Positions 11,721 to 24,529 of a DNA stretch of 64,000 nucleotides are shown piece by piece. Numbering within the stretch: the stretch's first letter is position 1; each line of letters opens with the position of its first letter. Made by a program: the position numbers and the translations under genes. The stretch comes from Octopus vulgaris (lineage: Eukaryota): assembly GCA_951406725.2 (NCBI GenBank), contig OX597818.1:33728001-33792000 (forward strand). The letters are read 5' to 3'. The notes beneath the pieces are model-generated. The model was not told the DNA's origin. It did not search any database and worked only from the letters and a program-made list of their open reading frames with translations.

Positions 11721-11769
<49 letters not shown>

Positions 11770-11772
<3 letters not shown>

Positions 11773-12590
11773 GGCGGCGAGCTGGCAGAATCATTAGCAC
11801 GCCGGGCAAAATGCGTAGCCGTATTTCGTCTGCCGTTACGTTCTGAGTTCAAATTCCGCCGAGGTCGACTTTGCCTTTCATCCTTTCGGGGTCGATTATA
11901 TAAGTACCAGTTACGCACTGGGGTCGATATAATCGACTTAATCCGTTTGTCTGTCCTTGTTTGTCCCCTCTGTGTTTAACCCCTTGTGGGTAGTAAAGAA
12001 ATAATTATTTCGTCTGTCTTTACGTTCTGAGTTCGAATTCCGCCGAGGTCGACTTTGCCTTTTATCCTTTTGAGGCCGATAAAATAAGTTCCAGTGAAAC
12101 ACTGAGGTCGATATGATCGACTACTCCCCTCCTCACAAATTTGAGGCCTTGTGCCTAAAATAGAATGCATTATTATAGTTACTCTTCAGCTTGTTGCTGA
12201 TGTTATTATTATCATTATTAAGGCTGCGAGCTGGCAGAATCGTTAGCACGCCGGGCGAAATGCTTCGCGGTATTTCGTCTTCACGTTCCGAGTTCAAATT
12301 CCACCGAGGTCGATTTTGCTTTCTTCTTTTCGAGGTCGATAAATCAAGTACCAGTGGAGTACTGGGGTAGATGCAATTGACTATCCCCCTCCCCCAAATT
12401 TCAGGCCTTGTGCCTGCAGAGCGAATCATTATTGCGAGCTGGCAGGATCGTTAGGGCGCTGAACGAAATGCTTTGCGGTATTTCGCCCGTCGGTACGTTC
12501 TAAATTCAAATTCTGCCGAGGTGGCTTTTGCCTTTCATCCTTTTGGGGTCGATTAATATTTCAGGCTTTGTGACTAAAGGAGAAAGGATT
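11770..12590 (+). mobile_element. Cluster of three Meta-domain-like SINE copies, the first with an internal reiteration
   Basis: Heads (AAGGC.)GCGAGCTGGCAG at ~11771, ~12219 and ~12434. Confidence 0.9.
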
Positions 12591-13884
12591 ATTATCCTTA
12601 TTATTAATTGTTTTTAATAAAGAAACTATTTTATTGAGGAATGTGTCGTTATTTATTCTATTTTTGCGACACATGAACAATAGTGTCGTTCGTTATCGTA
12701 TATTTTCCAATGGTCAATCATTAGTTTACAGGTACATTGCTTTTATGACCACGTGAATAATATCTGTAAGTCAACATGGAACTAATATATCAAGGGACTT
12801 TGTTCGCTGAGCAGTAATACCTTTGGTTTTCTTTTTGCCGTATAAGTAATTCACCGATGCACGATGATGAACTATATGTATACATACTCACATCTTAACT
12901 ATTACACCTATATAAAAGACAACTACACAGCTTTTTTTTTCTACGAATTTCCATTCGAAATATTTTGGTGAGCCTGAGGTTATGGTGTAAGTTACATATG
13001 CAATAGGATCAAACTCTATGCAATTAAAAAGGAAAGTGCAGAGACTGTTTCGCATTCTTTTGCTTTTTTTCTAGTGTGGTCGTGGTTACTCTAAGACACA
13101 AATATTATCAGAATTACATTGATTTTTTAAGAACTTAAAACGTAGAGGAAACCAGATAGACTTTATAATATACTAAGAATATATAGTACCAAGCTTGTAG
13201 GCCCAACTAACTGTAAAAATCTATAAATACTTTCAGTCTATTATTAGAAGGTTAATTTTGAATGGAAGCGTGTAACCAATATAATCAATAGCAGTGCATT
13301 AACTTTATTGACCCCAGAACGGTGGGAAAAACTCGACCCTGGCAATGTTTTGGAACGAAATGCAAGTCTGATGGATACTAAATACGGATACATTTAATAT
13401 ATCATTCTTCTACTGAATTATATCGTGGTTGTGTAAAGAAACTCTACTAATTTTTGTAAATCTTCTACTATGAAAGAATGCTGGAATTGCCTTAAGTGTA
13501 CAATGCCGAATAATTTGTATCCCTTAGCGCTATTTAGTTATTCTTCGCTATGTTTTGCGTTCAAATCTTGAATATTTCTTGGTAAACAATGAAATATATA
13601 TCAGTCAAATGTCAATATCAATCAGAACGATATAACCCTAATATTGGCTCTGATCCAATTTCGGATTGCTACCAAGTTATAACTAAAGAATACCAAAATC
13701 TGTAACCTACCATTCTAAGTGTCTTATGGGTAATTGGATTTCTCACTTTAAGTGCAGAGTTCAAATCTTGGTACTCTTGACATAGGCTTCCATATATCAA
13801 GGGTCGGCAGAATATGAAACGAGAATTTCCAGTATATTTTCGTCCTTCACAACAAGAAATCATTATTACTTGGAAGGAAAAAAG

Positions 13885-14060
13885 GCGACAAGCATGGAGA
13901 GTCTTCAGCACTCCGAACAAAATGCTTAGCAGCATTTCGTGGTTACGTTAAGTTCAACTTCTGCTACGGTCGACTTAGCCTTTCATTCAGTCAAGCGTTG
14001 GGGTCGATATAACCAACTGTTTTCCTCCACCAAAACTTCAGGTCTTCTGCCAATAGTAAA
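13885..14060 (+). mobile_element. Decayed Meta-domain-like SINE
   Basis: AAGGCGACAAGC...GGTCGACTTAGCCTTTCATT...GGGGTCGAT. Confidence 0.65.
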
Positions 14061-14736
14061 AAGTGTTATTACTTGTAAGGTACGCCTTCCTCGATTTTTA
14101 TGAAGCCCTTTTCTTTGACAAATCTTTTTCTTTCAGTTTCACTCTTTAGTATCAACAAGAAAATCGAGTTTTGATAATAGTGAAAGAAATTATTTTAGAA
14201 ATAGAGGCCAAGGTTCAAGTTTATTAGTGAAGAGATTGCCATTGCAAAATGTAGAATATGATAAATGGTTTTAGGACATATGCAAATGTTAAAAAAAAAA
14301 TACTCCTACATACAATATGCAACGGCTGCCAATGACACCAATCTTTTATTCGTCTGTCACGTGTCGAAATCACGCAAGAGAAGGGTGAAAAAGAAAAAAA
14401 AAACTTCCAACATTCTAACATTCAAATTCGTTTCAATCTCTGCCTTGCAATTTTCTTTTCCTTTATTTATTTTTTTTTAGTTCTTTGTGCTTTATTACTT
14501 TTTATGCGTTTATTTCATCAAGATTTCGTTCAATGAAGGAGCATTGTTTTAGCTTTTAGAAATCATTTATTTATTTATTTTTTATTCATCATTTATTTTA
14601 TTAGCAAATGTGAATATTGACAAAAAAATAGTAATGTTTGTTGAGCAGTTTTGGGATTCATTATCTTCACAGGATTTTGTTATATTTCTGTGCCTCTTGG
14701 TTTTGCTTGGGTTGTATTACTGCTATTATTTCCACT

Positions 14737-14923
14737 AGCAGCAGTAGTGGCGGTGACAGCGCAGCAGCAGCAACAGTAGCAGTAGTAGTAGTAGTAGTAG
14801 TAGTAGTGGTTGTGGTGGTGCTGGTGGTGGTGCTGGTGCTGGTGTGGCTGGTGGTGCTGGTGGTGGTGCTGGTGGTGGTGCTGGTGGTGGTGCTGGTGGT
14901 GGTGCTGGTGGCGGCGGCGGCAA

Positions 14924-14954
<31 letters not shown>

Positions 14955-14982
14955 GGTGGTAGTGGTGGCAGCGGCGGCGGTG

Positions 14983-15016
<34 letters not shown>

Positions 15017-15075
15017 TAGTAGTTACGGCGGTGGTGGTGGTGGTGGTATTTATACTGTTGTTGGTGCTGAAGCTG
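14737..15075. repeat. Compound trinucleotide repeat (GCA/GTA/GGT/GCT/GCG)
   Basis: Direct reading; source of the poly-V/T/P/G ORFs. Confidence 0.92.
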
Positions 15076-15757
15076 GTGTTGGTCATTGATGTCTCGGTCT
15101 TTATAGATTTACAGACATTCGTTCAGTTTCTATTGTTTCTGAAGAAACGACACAGGCTGCAAGATAAACACACTGTAGCTGCAAATAAATATCAAGTATG
15201 CAGCAAATTTTTTTCTTTGTTTAGTTTTATTTCATGCCATGTACTTTGCCTTTAAGTATCTTTTGAGCGATGCTGCATTTGAAAGGTTTCTACCAGGTTG
15301 TGAACATCTATAACTTGATTTTAATTATTCAAGCACAACGAACCACGTTTCTAAGTAAACCAGGCGTTGTCACCAATGTGTGAAATAGACTTTGCGCACA
15401 AAGTTTGTACAGTCTCACACACCATAATACATATATACAAACTCTCTCACCTATCTCTCTATCTCTTTCTTTTTCACACAGACACGCAAACATACACACA
15501 TGCAGAGCAATATGTATTATTCTTCATTGAAGATACTAAGGTGTTATTTGAAACCACTTTTGCTGTTATTCTTTTGCACGTCAAGCATCCACACTGAGAT
15601 TCGATCCTTGATTTGTGTTTTCCAAAAATATGATTATGAAGCAGTACAATACTAGTGTGAAGCGTTTAAGTCGCACGTCTAAGATGTTTTTATGTCATAA
15701 GTTAATGAAAATTGGATTGCACAGGAAAATTGCCAGAGATTTCAACAAATAGATGTT

Positions 15758-16147
15758 AGAGGAGGGGCTGTGTGGTAAGTAGCTTGTTTACGGTAAGTAG
15801 CTTGTTTACGAACCACATGGTTCCGGGTTCAGTCGCCTCGGGCCGACCAAAGCCTTGTGAGTGGATTTGGTAGACGGAAACTGAAAAGATGCCCGTCGTA
15901 TATATGTTTATATATATATATATATATATGCGTGTGTGTGTTTGTGTTTGTTCCCCGTAGCATTGCTTGACAACCGATGCTGGTGTGTTTATGTCCCCAT
16001 TACTTAGCGGTTCGGCAAAAGAGACCGATAGAATAAGTACTGGGCTTACAAAAGAATAAGTCCCGGGGTCGATTTGCTCGATTAAAGGCGGTGCTCCAGC
16101 ATGGCCGCAGTCAAATGACTAAAACAAGTAAAAGAGTAAAAGAGAGA
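15758..16147 (+). mobile_element. CORE-type tRNA SINE with an 18-bp tandem duplication and a CORE deletion
   Basis: Matches 49383-49810. GGTAAGTAGCTTGTTTAC is duplicated and the segment between GTTCAGTC and GCCTCGG is missing. Confidence 0.9.
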
Positions 16148-16254
16148 GAGTATATTATCGCAAATAAAATTTGACAAGCATATATGAACCTTGTAGGTAA
16201 GACTTCATCAATGAAAAAAAGCATTTGAACCAGAACATGAGTGTAACGTATAGA

Positions 16255-16310
16255 TTAAATTAACCAATTAAATTAACCAATTAAATTAACCAATTAAATG
16301 TAACCAATAA
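16255..16310. repeat. 13-bp minisatellite (ATTAAATTAACCA) x~4
   Basis: Direct reading. Confidence 0.85.
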
Positions 16311-16448
16311 TTATCGTACATATCACTCATTTGTATATCCCTCTTTCTACATAGAAAATTGAATGGATGTAAATACGGCTATGATACACAGTGACTGTGG
16401 AAAAAAGACTACAGCGTTCAGAACTGATATCCTGCTCTGTTAGAGTAA

Positions 16449-16892
16449 GATCTTTTCGGTTTGAACTGCAGTTTTTTTTAAATAATTTCCACGTAACTAA
16501 AAAATTTTAAACTTCGTATACTGGTAGGATGTGTTTAATAAAACATCTTTTTCTCTTGGCTTTATTGAGAAAATTCCATAGTTTGTAAGATATTTTTCTT
16601 CAATTTCTGCAATTTCAACCAATCATTGACGTCTATTGAGGTAAAAAAAAAACATTCTGTGCCGTATGAATATGTCCCTCGTTTAAGAAACAGATTGGGT
16701 TTATTTACATTTGTGAAGAAAAAAAGATACCCTTCCCCCGCCCCTAACCCTAACCCTAACCCTAACTAACATTAACTAACCCTAACCCTAAAACAGATTG
16801 AAATGCAATAGATCGATACTAGGGTCATAATTATGGGTGACAATTTCATATGACACCGCTAGAAAAAAACTGCCGTTCAAACCGAAAAGATC
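16449..16892. mobile_element. MITE-like element with ~30-bp TIRs and internal (TAACCC)n
   Basis: GATCTTTTCGGTTTGAACTGCAGTTTTTTT at 16449-16478 versus AAAAAAACTGCCGTTCAAACCGAAAAGATC at 16863-16892; CCCTAA repeats at 16742-16790. Confidence 0.88.
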
Positions 16893-19874
16893 CGCGTTCA
16901 GAACTGATATCCTACGTGTTACAGTAATCTGATGACTTTCGCCCGTGTTAATAGTGGTCGGATTAGTAGTATGAACAAAGAATTTTGTTGAAGGAATTCA
17001 ATGAAAGCAACACTGACACTCCAGTGGTTCAGCTAGTCTAAAATTCTCACAATGCACGTTATCTTGGGATAAGTTTCCTATAGGATTTCTATAAATGCAT
17101 TGGTTACTTTACTATTTCGCATATCATCTATGGACACAACGTTATCGAATTTTCTGTTATCGGAATTCAGTGCAAAAAATAAATCTATATTTACGTCTTT
17201 CCCCCATCTCTGTCACCCTGTATACACACACATACGCCACACACAGTCTACTCGCGCACACACAGAGATATAAGTATGTATATATACCTATCTATATATA
17301 TATACATATATATATGTGTGTATATATGTACGTATGTATGTATATACATATATATATATATAGAGAGAGAGAGAAAGATGCTTATATTTGTGTATCTCTT
17401 ATTTAGCATGTGTAAGTGAACGTGAGTGGGCGCCTCTCTTTTACTTTCTCTTTGCGTCATTTGTGTGCTTGTGTGTGTGTGTGTAAGTGTGCGTCAATGT
17501 GATATATACACAATATATATATAATATATATATAATATATATATAGAGAGAGAGAGAGGGAGAGAGGGGAAGCTAGACAAAGGGTGAAAGAGAAAGAGTA
17601 GATAAAAAGATGAAAAAAATTCACATGCAGAAGTACGTTATCATGAGCGTCAGTTTATTTCAATTCTGAAGCATCCTTTGTGACATGAACATCATATACA
17701 ATTGTGTATACCAATATTGAATTTATTTTGAATATTCTTTATAGAATTACTTTACGTAATCTACTTTTTAAATTACAATTACGTCTGTTGGAAGGAAAAG
17801 ATTATCCTAAGTAGACAATGGTTGCTGAAAAAAATACTGCTTATATCCTTATGCCAAGCAAGTCGTCTCTTTCTGCGTTCTGTCTTGTCTTATTCAATAA
17901 TCATCTTTTATACAAGCCGTCCGAATATTCTGACAAAGCTTTTAGAGCGTTAACTAGCTGGAATGTATTTATGTCATGTATCTTATTTCTATTTTTACAT
18001 GCGGCAACTGTATTGTCAATCATTCTTGTCCAGTTACTTAACAAATCCCAAACTTACTTTTCGAGACAAAAAAGAAGCGAAATCGACTTGCACTTACAGG
18101 AAAAACTATTTTGGCGGTTATCTTTTGACAAAGCCAGAAAGTTTGGCTATCGTTCAAAATTATGAAAAGAATCCTACACGTGGCATCATTTTCTCTAAGT
18201 CTATAAGACAAATCTAGCAAATGGTTGGTTCCAGCGCTTTTAGGAACTAATAGTAGCCAAGATGTAACAAAATATATCATGCTATATGATGAAAGAATAA
18301 TACGTCTCACTAATACGTGTTGACACTTGTCAAGATTGGTTTTCCAATAAAAAAATTATATGTATATACATATATATATAATATATTTATATATATATAA
18401 TACTTACACACATACATATGTGAACCCCTTAAATATATATATATATATATATATGCTTGTACATCTGCACACTTATGTGTGTATGAACCTAAATGATATG
18501 AAGAGAAAAAAAAACAGAAATTCGTGTCTCTTACTGGTCTCTCCGGACAGATGTTATAACAATTTTAGACAATGTGTTTCACTGAAAGATATAGCTTCAG
18601 ATAGTATTATTCGATAACTGATACTTTTTGGCTTTGTGCATTTTATTTATACATTGTTCTATTTTTTTTTCTTCCTACACATTTCATAAATTACTTATAG
18701 TTTTGCTGTCTTGTTATCTTTTAGCTTAATGGCGTACAGAAGTTTCTTGTTGTTATGGACATGTTTAAAACTTGTTCTACGAGATAAGCCATATTAACAT
18801 GAAGAACAAAAGATGTCTGTAATGTTTCTAATAGAACCGTCTGCTATAATACCCTTGTAGTGACTTAGAATAAAATCATTGATAACATTATTTTGCCATT
18901 TAGGAACCGAAGAGTGATAAATGGCATTCATGATTTCTGGTAATCTAGAAAATATATATGCGTCAGTGTAGCCATTCTGTGATGTGCTTTCTTACACAAC
19001 CACTTATGAAATGTTAAGAATGAATACATCACCAACAGTCACATCAATGCCAACAAGACAATAGCAACAATGCCAACGCAGTAATCTAGTAATATTATGT
19101 TAACATAATGCTGGTTGCTTTTTGTAAGTGAGCGATGTACAGATTGTTTTTGAAGCTCTTAGTCAGACCTGATGGAATAAAAACTCTGCTCAAAGCAATC
19201 TATTCACCACCATCCTAATGGATTTCTGATTCTATGCGACTAGTACTACATAATCTAATATATCGTTTTCTAATACGATCTAATTTAATTATTTGAAAGA
19301 CATTGCACTGTTATCTCTAGTAGTTCAGGTAACCACACATAGGTTCTGTTATTGACGTATTACTGATTGCGGCATGTACTTTAATATATAAGGAAGGTCC
19401 TTATTTCAATTCGCGACCGCAAATATTTTGCTTATGTAATTATAAATACATCTCTTATTCACAATTCTAGTATAAAGAATAAGTATCTAGTCTTATTTGC
19501 GTACGAATATAGCGTCATTTGAGAGAAATTTTAACTGATTTTTCTCTTCACAAATATGGTATAGTTACGGTAATATGACTTACATTAATGGGACTTATAT
19601 TACCTGAAACGAGTAAAGATAAATGTCATCTTGCCTAGGCATTAAACTTCATATACGGGTCTTATAAATATCGTGTTGTTCCAAAAGTACAACACTGTTT
19701 CCATTGCCTAGGACACTATCAGATTTCTAAAATACTGGGCACATGTTTTGATTTATCACATAAGCACTTTGTGTCATATTTATACAAATGGGACATGCAC
19801 GCATACAGATACACACAATACACACACACACTCACACAAACAACACACACAGACACATACGACACTTCGATTCG

Positions 19875-20133
19875 AACACCGCTTCCGGGTTAGGTCTGCG
19901 CGTTCTTGGTTCCGCCTACGAAGGTCACAAGTTCGCGATCAGACTCAGGTGTAGCAGGCAGCCGATGATCCGAAATATGGCGATCCAAGCCCGGTCGGGA
20001 CGAAAGCCAGAAGAAACTCTGGTCGAAGTTTGAAGTGCCACTGATGTGCAAATTGATTGTTGGAAACGGGTGTAGAGGCGAAAGACCAATCGAGCCGTGT
20101 AGTAGCTACCGCCCTCCGAAATTTTCCTCAGGA
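19875..20133 (+). pseudogene. Decayed 28S (LSU) rRNA fragment, D3-flanking conserved core
   Basis: 19967-20133 aligns with the eukaryotic LSU core ACCCGAAAGATGG...GAAGCCAGAGGAAACTCTGG...CTGACGTGCAAATCGATCG...GGCGAAAGACTAATCGAACC...AGTAGCTGGTTCCCTCCGAAGTTTCCCTCAGGA, with CpG->TpG changes. The 5' boundary is uncertain. Confidence 0.9.
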
Positions 20134-20711
20134 CAAAATAGTACCTGAGGAATGAATGCATTTCGGAGTAAAATCATTTTTCCGTCCTAATGAACTTGGA
20201 TATCGTTTTTTATATGATTTTGTATAGTCCTTCTTCAGCCATGAAACGCGAGTAGTCGTTGTACAAGTACTTACTTTTATACATTATATTATTGTTTTAA
20301 TTTGTATTGTTCAGTCTATACATTATTTGATTTTGGATTAATATTTTTATGATGAATGTTTCTTTGTATGGTATTCGCAGTGATTTTAAAAGTATTTGCT
20401 CTTATGTATTATATAATTGTAATAATCTTACTGTTCAATATTATATATTATTAAAATTTTAGAGTAGTATTTTGTATGGTATATGTCTCAGAGCATGGTT
20501 TTAGATGAGTTCTTCATTGACTGAATTGTGAAATGGTTGTTCGTCTCTAAATTAGTTATATATATATATATATATATTATATATTACGAAATTCTGTCTA
20601 ATATTATTATACTGAATTATACCTGTGAGGTTGGAGTAATACTTTATTCCCTTATAATATTATCTATATATGTGCGTGTGTGTGTGTGTGTATGTATATA
20701 TATACATATAT

Positions 20712-20992
20712 GTGGAGGCGCAATGGCCTAGTGGTCAGGGCAGCGGACTCGCGGTTGTAGGATGGCGGTTTCGATTCCCAGACCGGGCGTTGTCAGTGTT
20801 TATTGAGCAAAACCACCTAAAGCTCCACGAAGCTCCGGCAGTGGGAGGGGGCGATCCTTGCTGTACCCTTTCGCCACTACTTTCTCTCACTCTTTCTTCT
20901 GTTGGCCTGCTCGCTTAGCCAGCGGGGTGGCAAAGCGCATTATGACCAGCGATGTGTAGCAGCATTTGATAGCCTGGTCGGTCACGGTCACG

Positions 20993-20997
<5 letters not shown>
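20712..20997 (+). mobile_element. tRNA-derived SINE (OR-like head, distinct tail ending GTCACGGTGAT)
   Basis: GTGGAGGCGCAATGGCCTAGTGG...GGTTTCGATTCCCAGACCGGGCG. Confidence 0.9.
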
Positions 20998-21049
<52 letters not shown>

Positions 21050-21248
21050 ATGTGTGTAAAGAAAGACCGAGAGGGAAAGAGAGAGACTATACAAGAGGTT
21101 GTATAAAGTTCATAACTTTTAATTAATCTTCGCTAACTTAAAGGGATCAAAATATTCACTAGGATCAATAGACTTCAGTTTGAGGCGACTAACATTCATA
21201 CATGATAACTGCTACCACTATCAAATATTTTACATATTAAGCATGGAC

Positions 21249-21540
21249 TGTGGAGGCACATGGCCTTGTGGCTAGAGCAGCGGACTTTCGGTCGAAGGAT
21301 CGCAGTTTTGAATCTCAGACCGGACGATGTGTGTGTTTATGACCGAAACAGGCGGCTCCGGCAGAAAGGTAATGGCGAACTTCTGCCGTCTCTGTCGTCA
21401 CAACTTTCTCTCACTCTTTCCTCCTGCATCTAGCAGCTCACTCGCCACGGACCGACGTCACGCCCAGGTGGGAAACCTATATGGCAATGAAACTGGGGAA
21501 AACAGCCCTTATGACCCAAGAATCGCTCGAGAAGGAACAA
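21249..21540 (+). mobile_element. tRNA-derived SINE (OR-like head, another distinct tail)
   Basis: GTGGAGGCACATGGCCTTGTGG...CACAACTTTCTCTCACTCTTTCCTCCTG; tail ...GAGAAGGAACAA. Confidence 0.85.
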
Positions 21541-21564
21541 GTACCAACAGGCGTGGACACGTGC

Positions 21565-21780
21565 TTTAGCACGCTGGGCGAAATGCGTAGCCGTATTTCG
21601 TCTGCCGTTACGTTGTGAGTTCAAATTCCGCCGAGGTTGACTTTGCCTTCCATCCTTTCGGGGTCGATAAATTAAGTACCAGTTACGCACTGGGGTTGAT
21701 GTAATCGACTTAATACCTATGTCTGTCCTTGTTTGTCCCCTCTATGTTTAGCCCCTTGTGGGTAATAAAAATAGGTATTG
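21565..21780 (+). mobile_element. Meta-domain-like SINE (5' truncated)
   Basis: Matches 11790-12005. Confidence 0.88.
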
Positions 21781-22457
21781 GAGGTGGTGTTGGGGGTTTT
21801 TTTTTGGGGGGGGGGGTTGCTGCTGTTGCTGTTCTTCTATTGTGTTACTGCTGATGCTGTTGTTTAGACCGCCGCCAACACTGACGAGTAAATATATTAT
21901 GAAAGCATTTTTTCATCGGTCATCTCGTATTTTCAAACGCAATTTATCTTATCTAAAGCCCACAACACACTCATTTTTATCTGAAAACGATAGGATATGA
22001 ATTTAGTGAAATTTAGCTATTTGTTACAGGTAACTCAAGACACAGCTGTCTCCATTGATTCGTTCTTGGAGTCATTATCCTGAATGCTTGGGTAATGAAT
22101 ATCCAAGTAATAATTACAATATGGAAATATTTTTTCAAGAATGAGAAGAATATAAACCTCGAATTTCCTCCTTCTGGGGTCGACAAAATGAAATACAGCT
22201 TCAGTACAGGGAATAGTTTTCATCAACTCTTCCTAGTATATCAGCGGGTTCTTAAAGCAAGCGACTACAGCTGCGCTCGCAGAACGAGTCTGGTAGGTAC
22301 CATGTCTTATTAATTAATCGCTAACGTTATCAACAACACCAAAATGCAATGTACTGCACCACCACTGATGTTATGAGATAGAAAGGGGCTGAGACAAGCG
22401 CACGCGTACTAGAGGAAGAGTTTTAGTTTCGAGTTTTGATGTAGCATTGTTATAACA

Positions 22458-22796
22458 CACTGGTTCTCAGCTGGGGTCCATATGATCTCTGAAGGTCCAT
22501 ATATATAAGATATATTTTTTTTTGTGGGGAGGGGGTCTACAATAGTATTTTAAGGGGCCCTGAAAAAAATTTTGCTTTTGATGTATTGATATTTTATTCC
22601 AAGAAACATCTTGGTTTCTTCCTCTAGCATTTTATGTTACTCATCATACACAAGTTATTATGTGAAAAACGAAATAGGAACTTTGAAAGACGTGTTTATA
22701 AAACTACTGGTTAAACATCGAATGACCATGGGGGTCCACCAGAATAAAATACTAATCAAATGGGTCCATAAACAAAAAAATGATTGAGAACCCCTG
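22458..22796. mobile_element. hAT-superfamily MITE
   Basis: TIRs CACTGGTTCTCAG / TTGAGAACCCCTG (CAGGGGTTCTCAA type); perfect 8-bp TSD TTATAACA at 22450-22457 and 22797-22804. Confidence 0.9.
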
Positions 22797-23225
22797 TTAT
22801 AACAAGTTAAATGTCAGCGAACGTTTGTTTCATTTGTTAGTAATTTAAATCGGACGCATAAACTGTCGAGCAATATTCTGTATTTCTTTACGGATATAAA
22901 TAAAATAATCCCTGTCTCTGAAACAAAATCAACTATTATGAATATTTCTGTTTCCACTTTATGTGCTAGCCTAGCATTTGGAACAATTGGGCGATTATGC
23001 AAATTGGAAATAGTGTCAGAGCACCATGTGACACGCCTGCACACACATACACCTTCTTTCACATTTTCCCCCCCACTCTCTCTCCCTCTCTGTATAGATA
23101 TACGTAGGGGTGCTTGCGTGCATGTGCGTGTCTCAGTGTGTATGCGTGTGTGTCCGTGTATCAGTTTGTAACCTTGTATGTGTGTGTGGGTACATTATGC
23201 TCGCATAGATAACACACACAAACAA

Positions 23226-23258
23226 ATAGACAGACAGACAGACGGATAGATAGATAAT

Positions 23259-23327
<69 letters not shown>

Positions 23328-23328
23328 G

Positions 23329-23400
<72 letters not shown>

Positions 23401-23401
23401 T
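23226..23401. repeat. (GATA)n/(GACA)n microsatellite
   Basis: Direct reading. Confidence 0.97.
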
Positions 23402-23733
23402 AAGAATCTGGGTTACTCTACCCAAAACCCTAGCAACCCAAATTTGAGATAAAGCTGTCGAAAAGAGTTGATACAAAGGAAGGGACCATTTAAATAAATG
23501 GATTTTGCTTTCTGTCAGAAACGCAAAGATTTATTACGTTGTTGGATCTTTTCGCCATATATAAAAAGTGAACTCTTATGCATCTGCTGAGAAGATTAAT
23601 ACCAACTTTATATTTGCATACATATACACGCGCGCATGCACGTGCAAACACACACACGCACACACATATGTATGCATGTAGATGTGTGAATGGACGTGTG
23701 GGATGATATAGGTACTTGTATAAATTATAGGGT

Positions 23734-23810
<77 letters not shown>

Positions 23811-24032
23811 TGCCTTTGTGTGATTGAGACTGTGAGTTTAAGTGTTCATATGAATATTAATAAATAAATATATAAATATGCATAAATGCATAGATTTATT
23901 TGACATATAAATGTGTCTGAATGTGTGTGCATGTGTGTGTGCATGAGAGTAAGGAAAAGACGAAAATGAGAATGTGCACATTGCATGTTTGTGCACATAT
24001 GTGTCTACATGTATATATATGCTTATGCCTGC

Positions 24033-24071
24033 ATAATAATAATAATCACAATAATAATGATGATGATGATG

Positions 24072-24138
<67 letters not shown>

Positions 24139-24217
24139 CATTCGTATATTTTATCCCAGTGTAACTTTGATGGCATTCAGTGCTCTCTCACTCAATAATA
24201 ATAATAATGATGATGGC

Positions 24218-24258
<41 letters not shown>

Positions 24259-24297
24259 CAGCAGCAGCAGCAGCAGTGGTGGTGGTGGTAGTAGTAT

Positions 24298-24351
<54 letters not shown>

Positions 24352-24365
24352 AAAGAAGAAGAAGA
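24033..24365. repeat. (AAT)n and (AGT)n/(AGC)n trinucleotide arrays
   Basis: Direct reading. Confidence 0.92.
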
Positions 24366-24455
24366 AAAAAATGTACGGTCAGTTTGCAAGTGACGTGAAC
24401 GGGAAGTCAGATACAGAGTACTGTTGGCTATGGATGAGGAGAGGTGACCAGAAAT
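24362..24455 (+). mobile_element. Short internal fragment of an R4/Dong-like LINE
   Basis: KKMYGQFASDVNGKSDTEYCWLWMRRGDQK parallels KPLHGKY...SQQWLRSSGLK of the element at 10867-11720. Confidence 0.6.
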
Positions 24456-24529
24456 CATTTATTAATTGTAATTTTTTCTCAAATTCATTTAAAATTGTTT
24501 TTTGAAGTATAAGAATTTAATCAGTAATC

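Noticed and set aside
14638-15255. 205-aa hydrophobic ORF and overlapping poly-T/P/G ORFs
   Set aside because: A compound trinucleotide repeat open in several frames on both strands; no evidence of a real exon.
16742-16790. Telomere or chromosome-fusion scar
   Set aside because: Only a few repeats, enclosed within a TIR element.
17800-18300. Possible mariner transposase remnant (GKTILAVIF ~ GKVM..VFWD)
   Set aside because: A single weak motif; cannot be supported without a search.
20712-20790. tRNA-like sequences (also at 8886, 21249, 49383 and others)
   Set aside because: They are SINE heads continuing into shared bodies; no complete cloverleaf.
21876-21912. CTGACGA-GTAA..TTAT-GAAA
   Set aside because: Weak AT-only stem II and no convincing stems I or III; compatible with chance.
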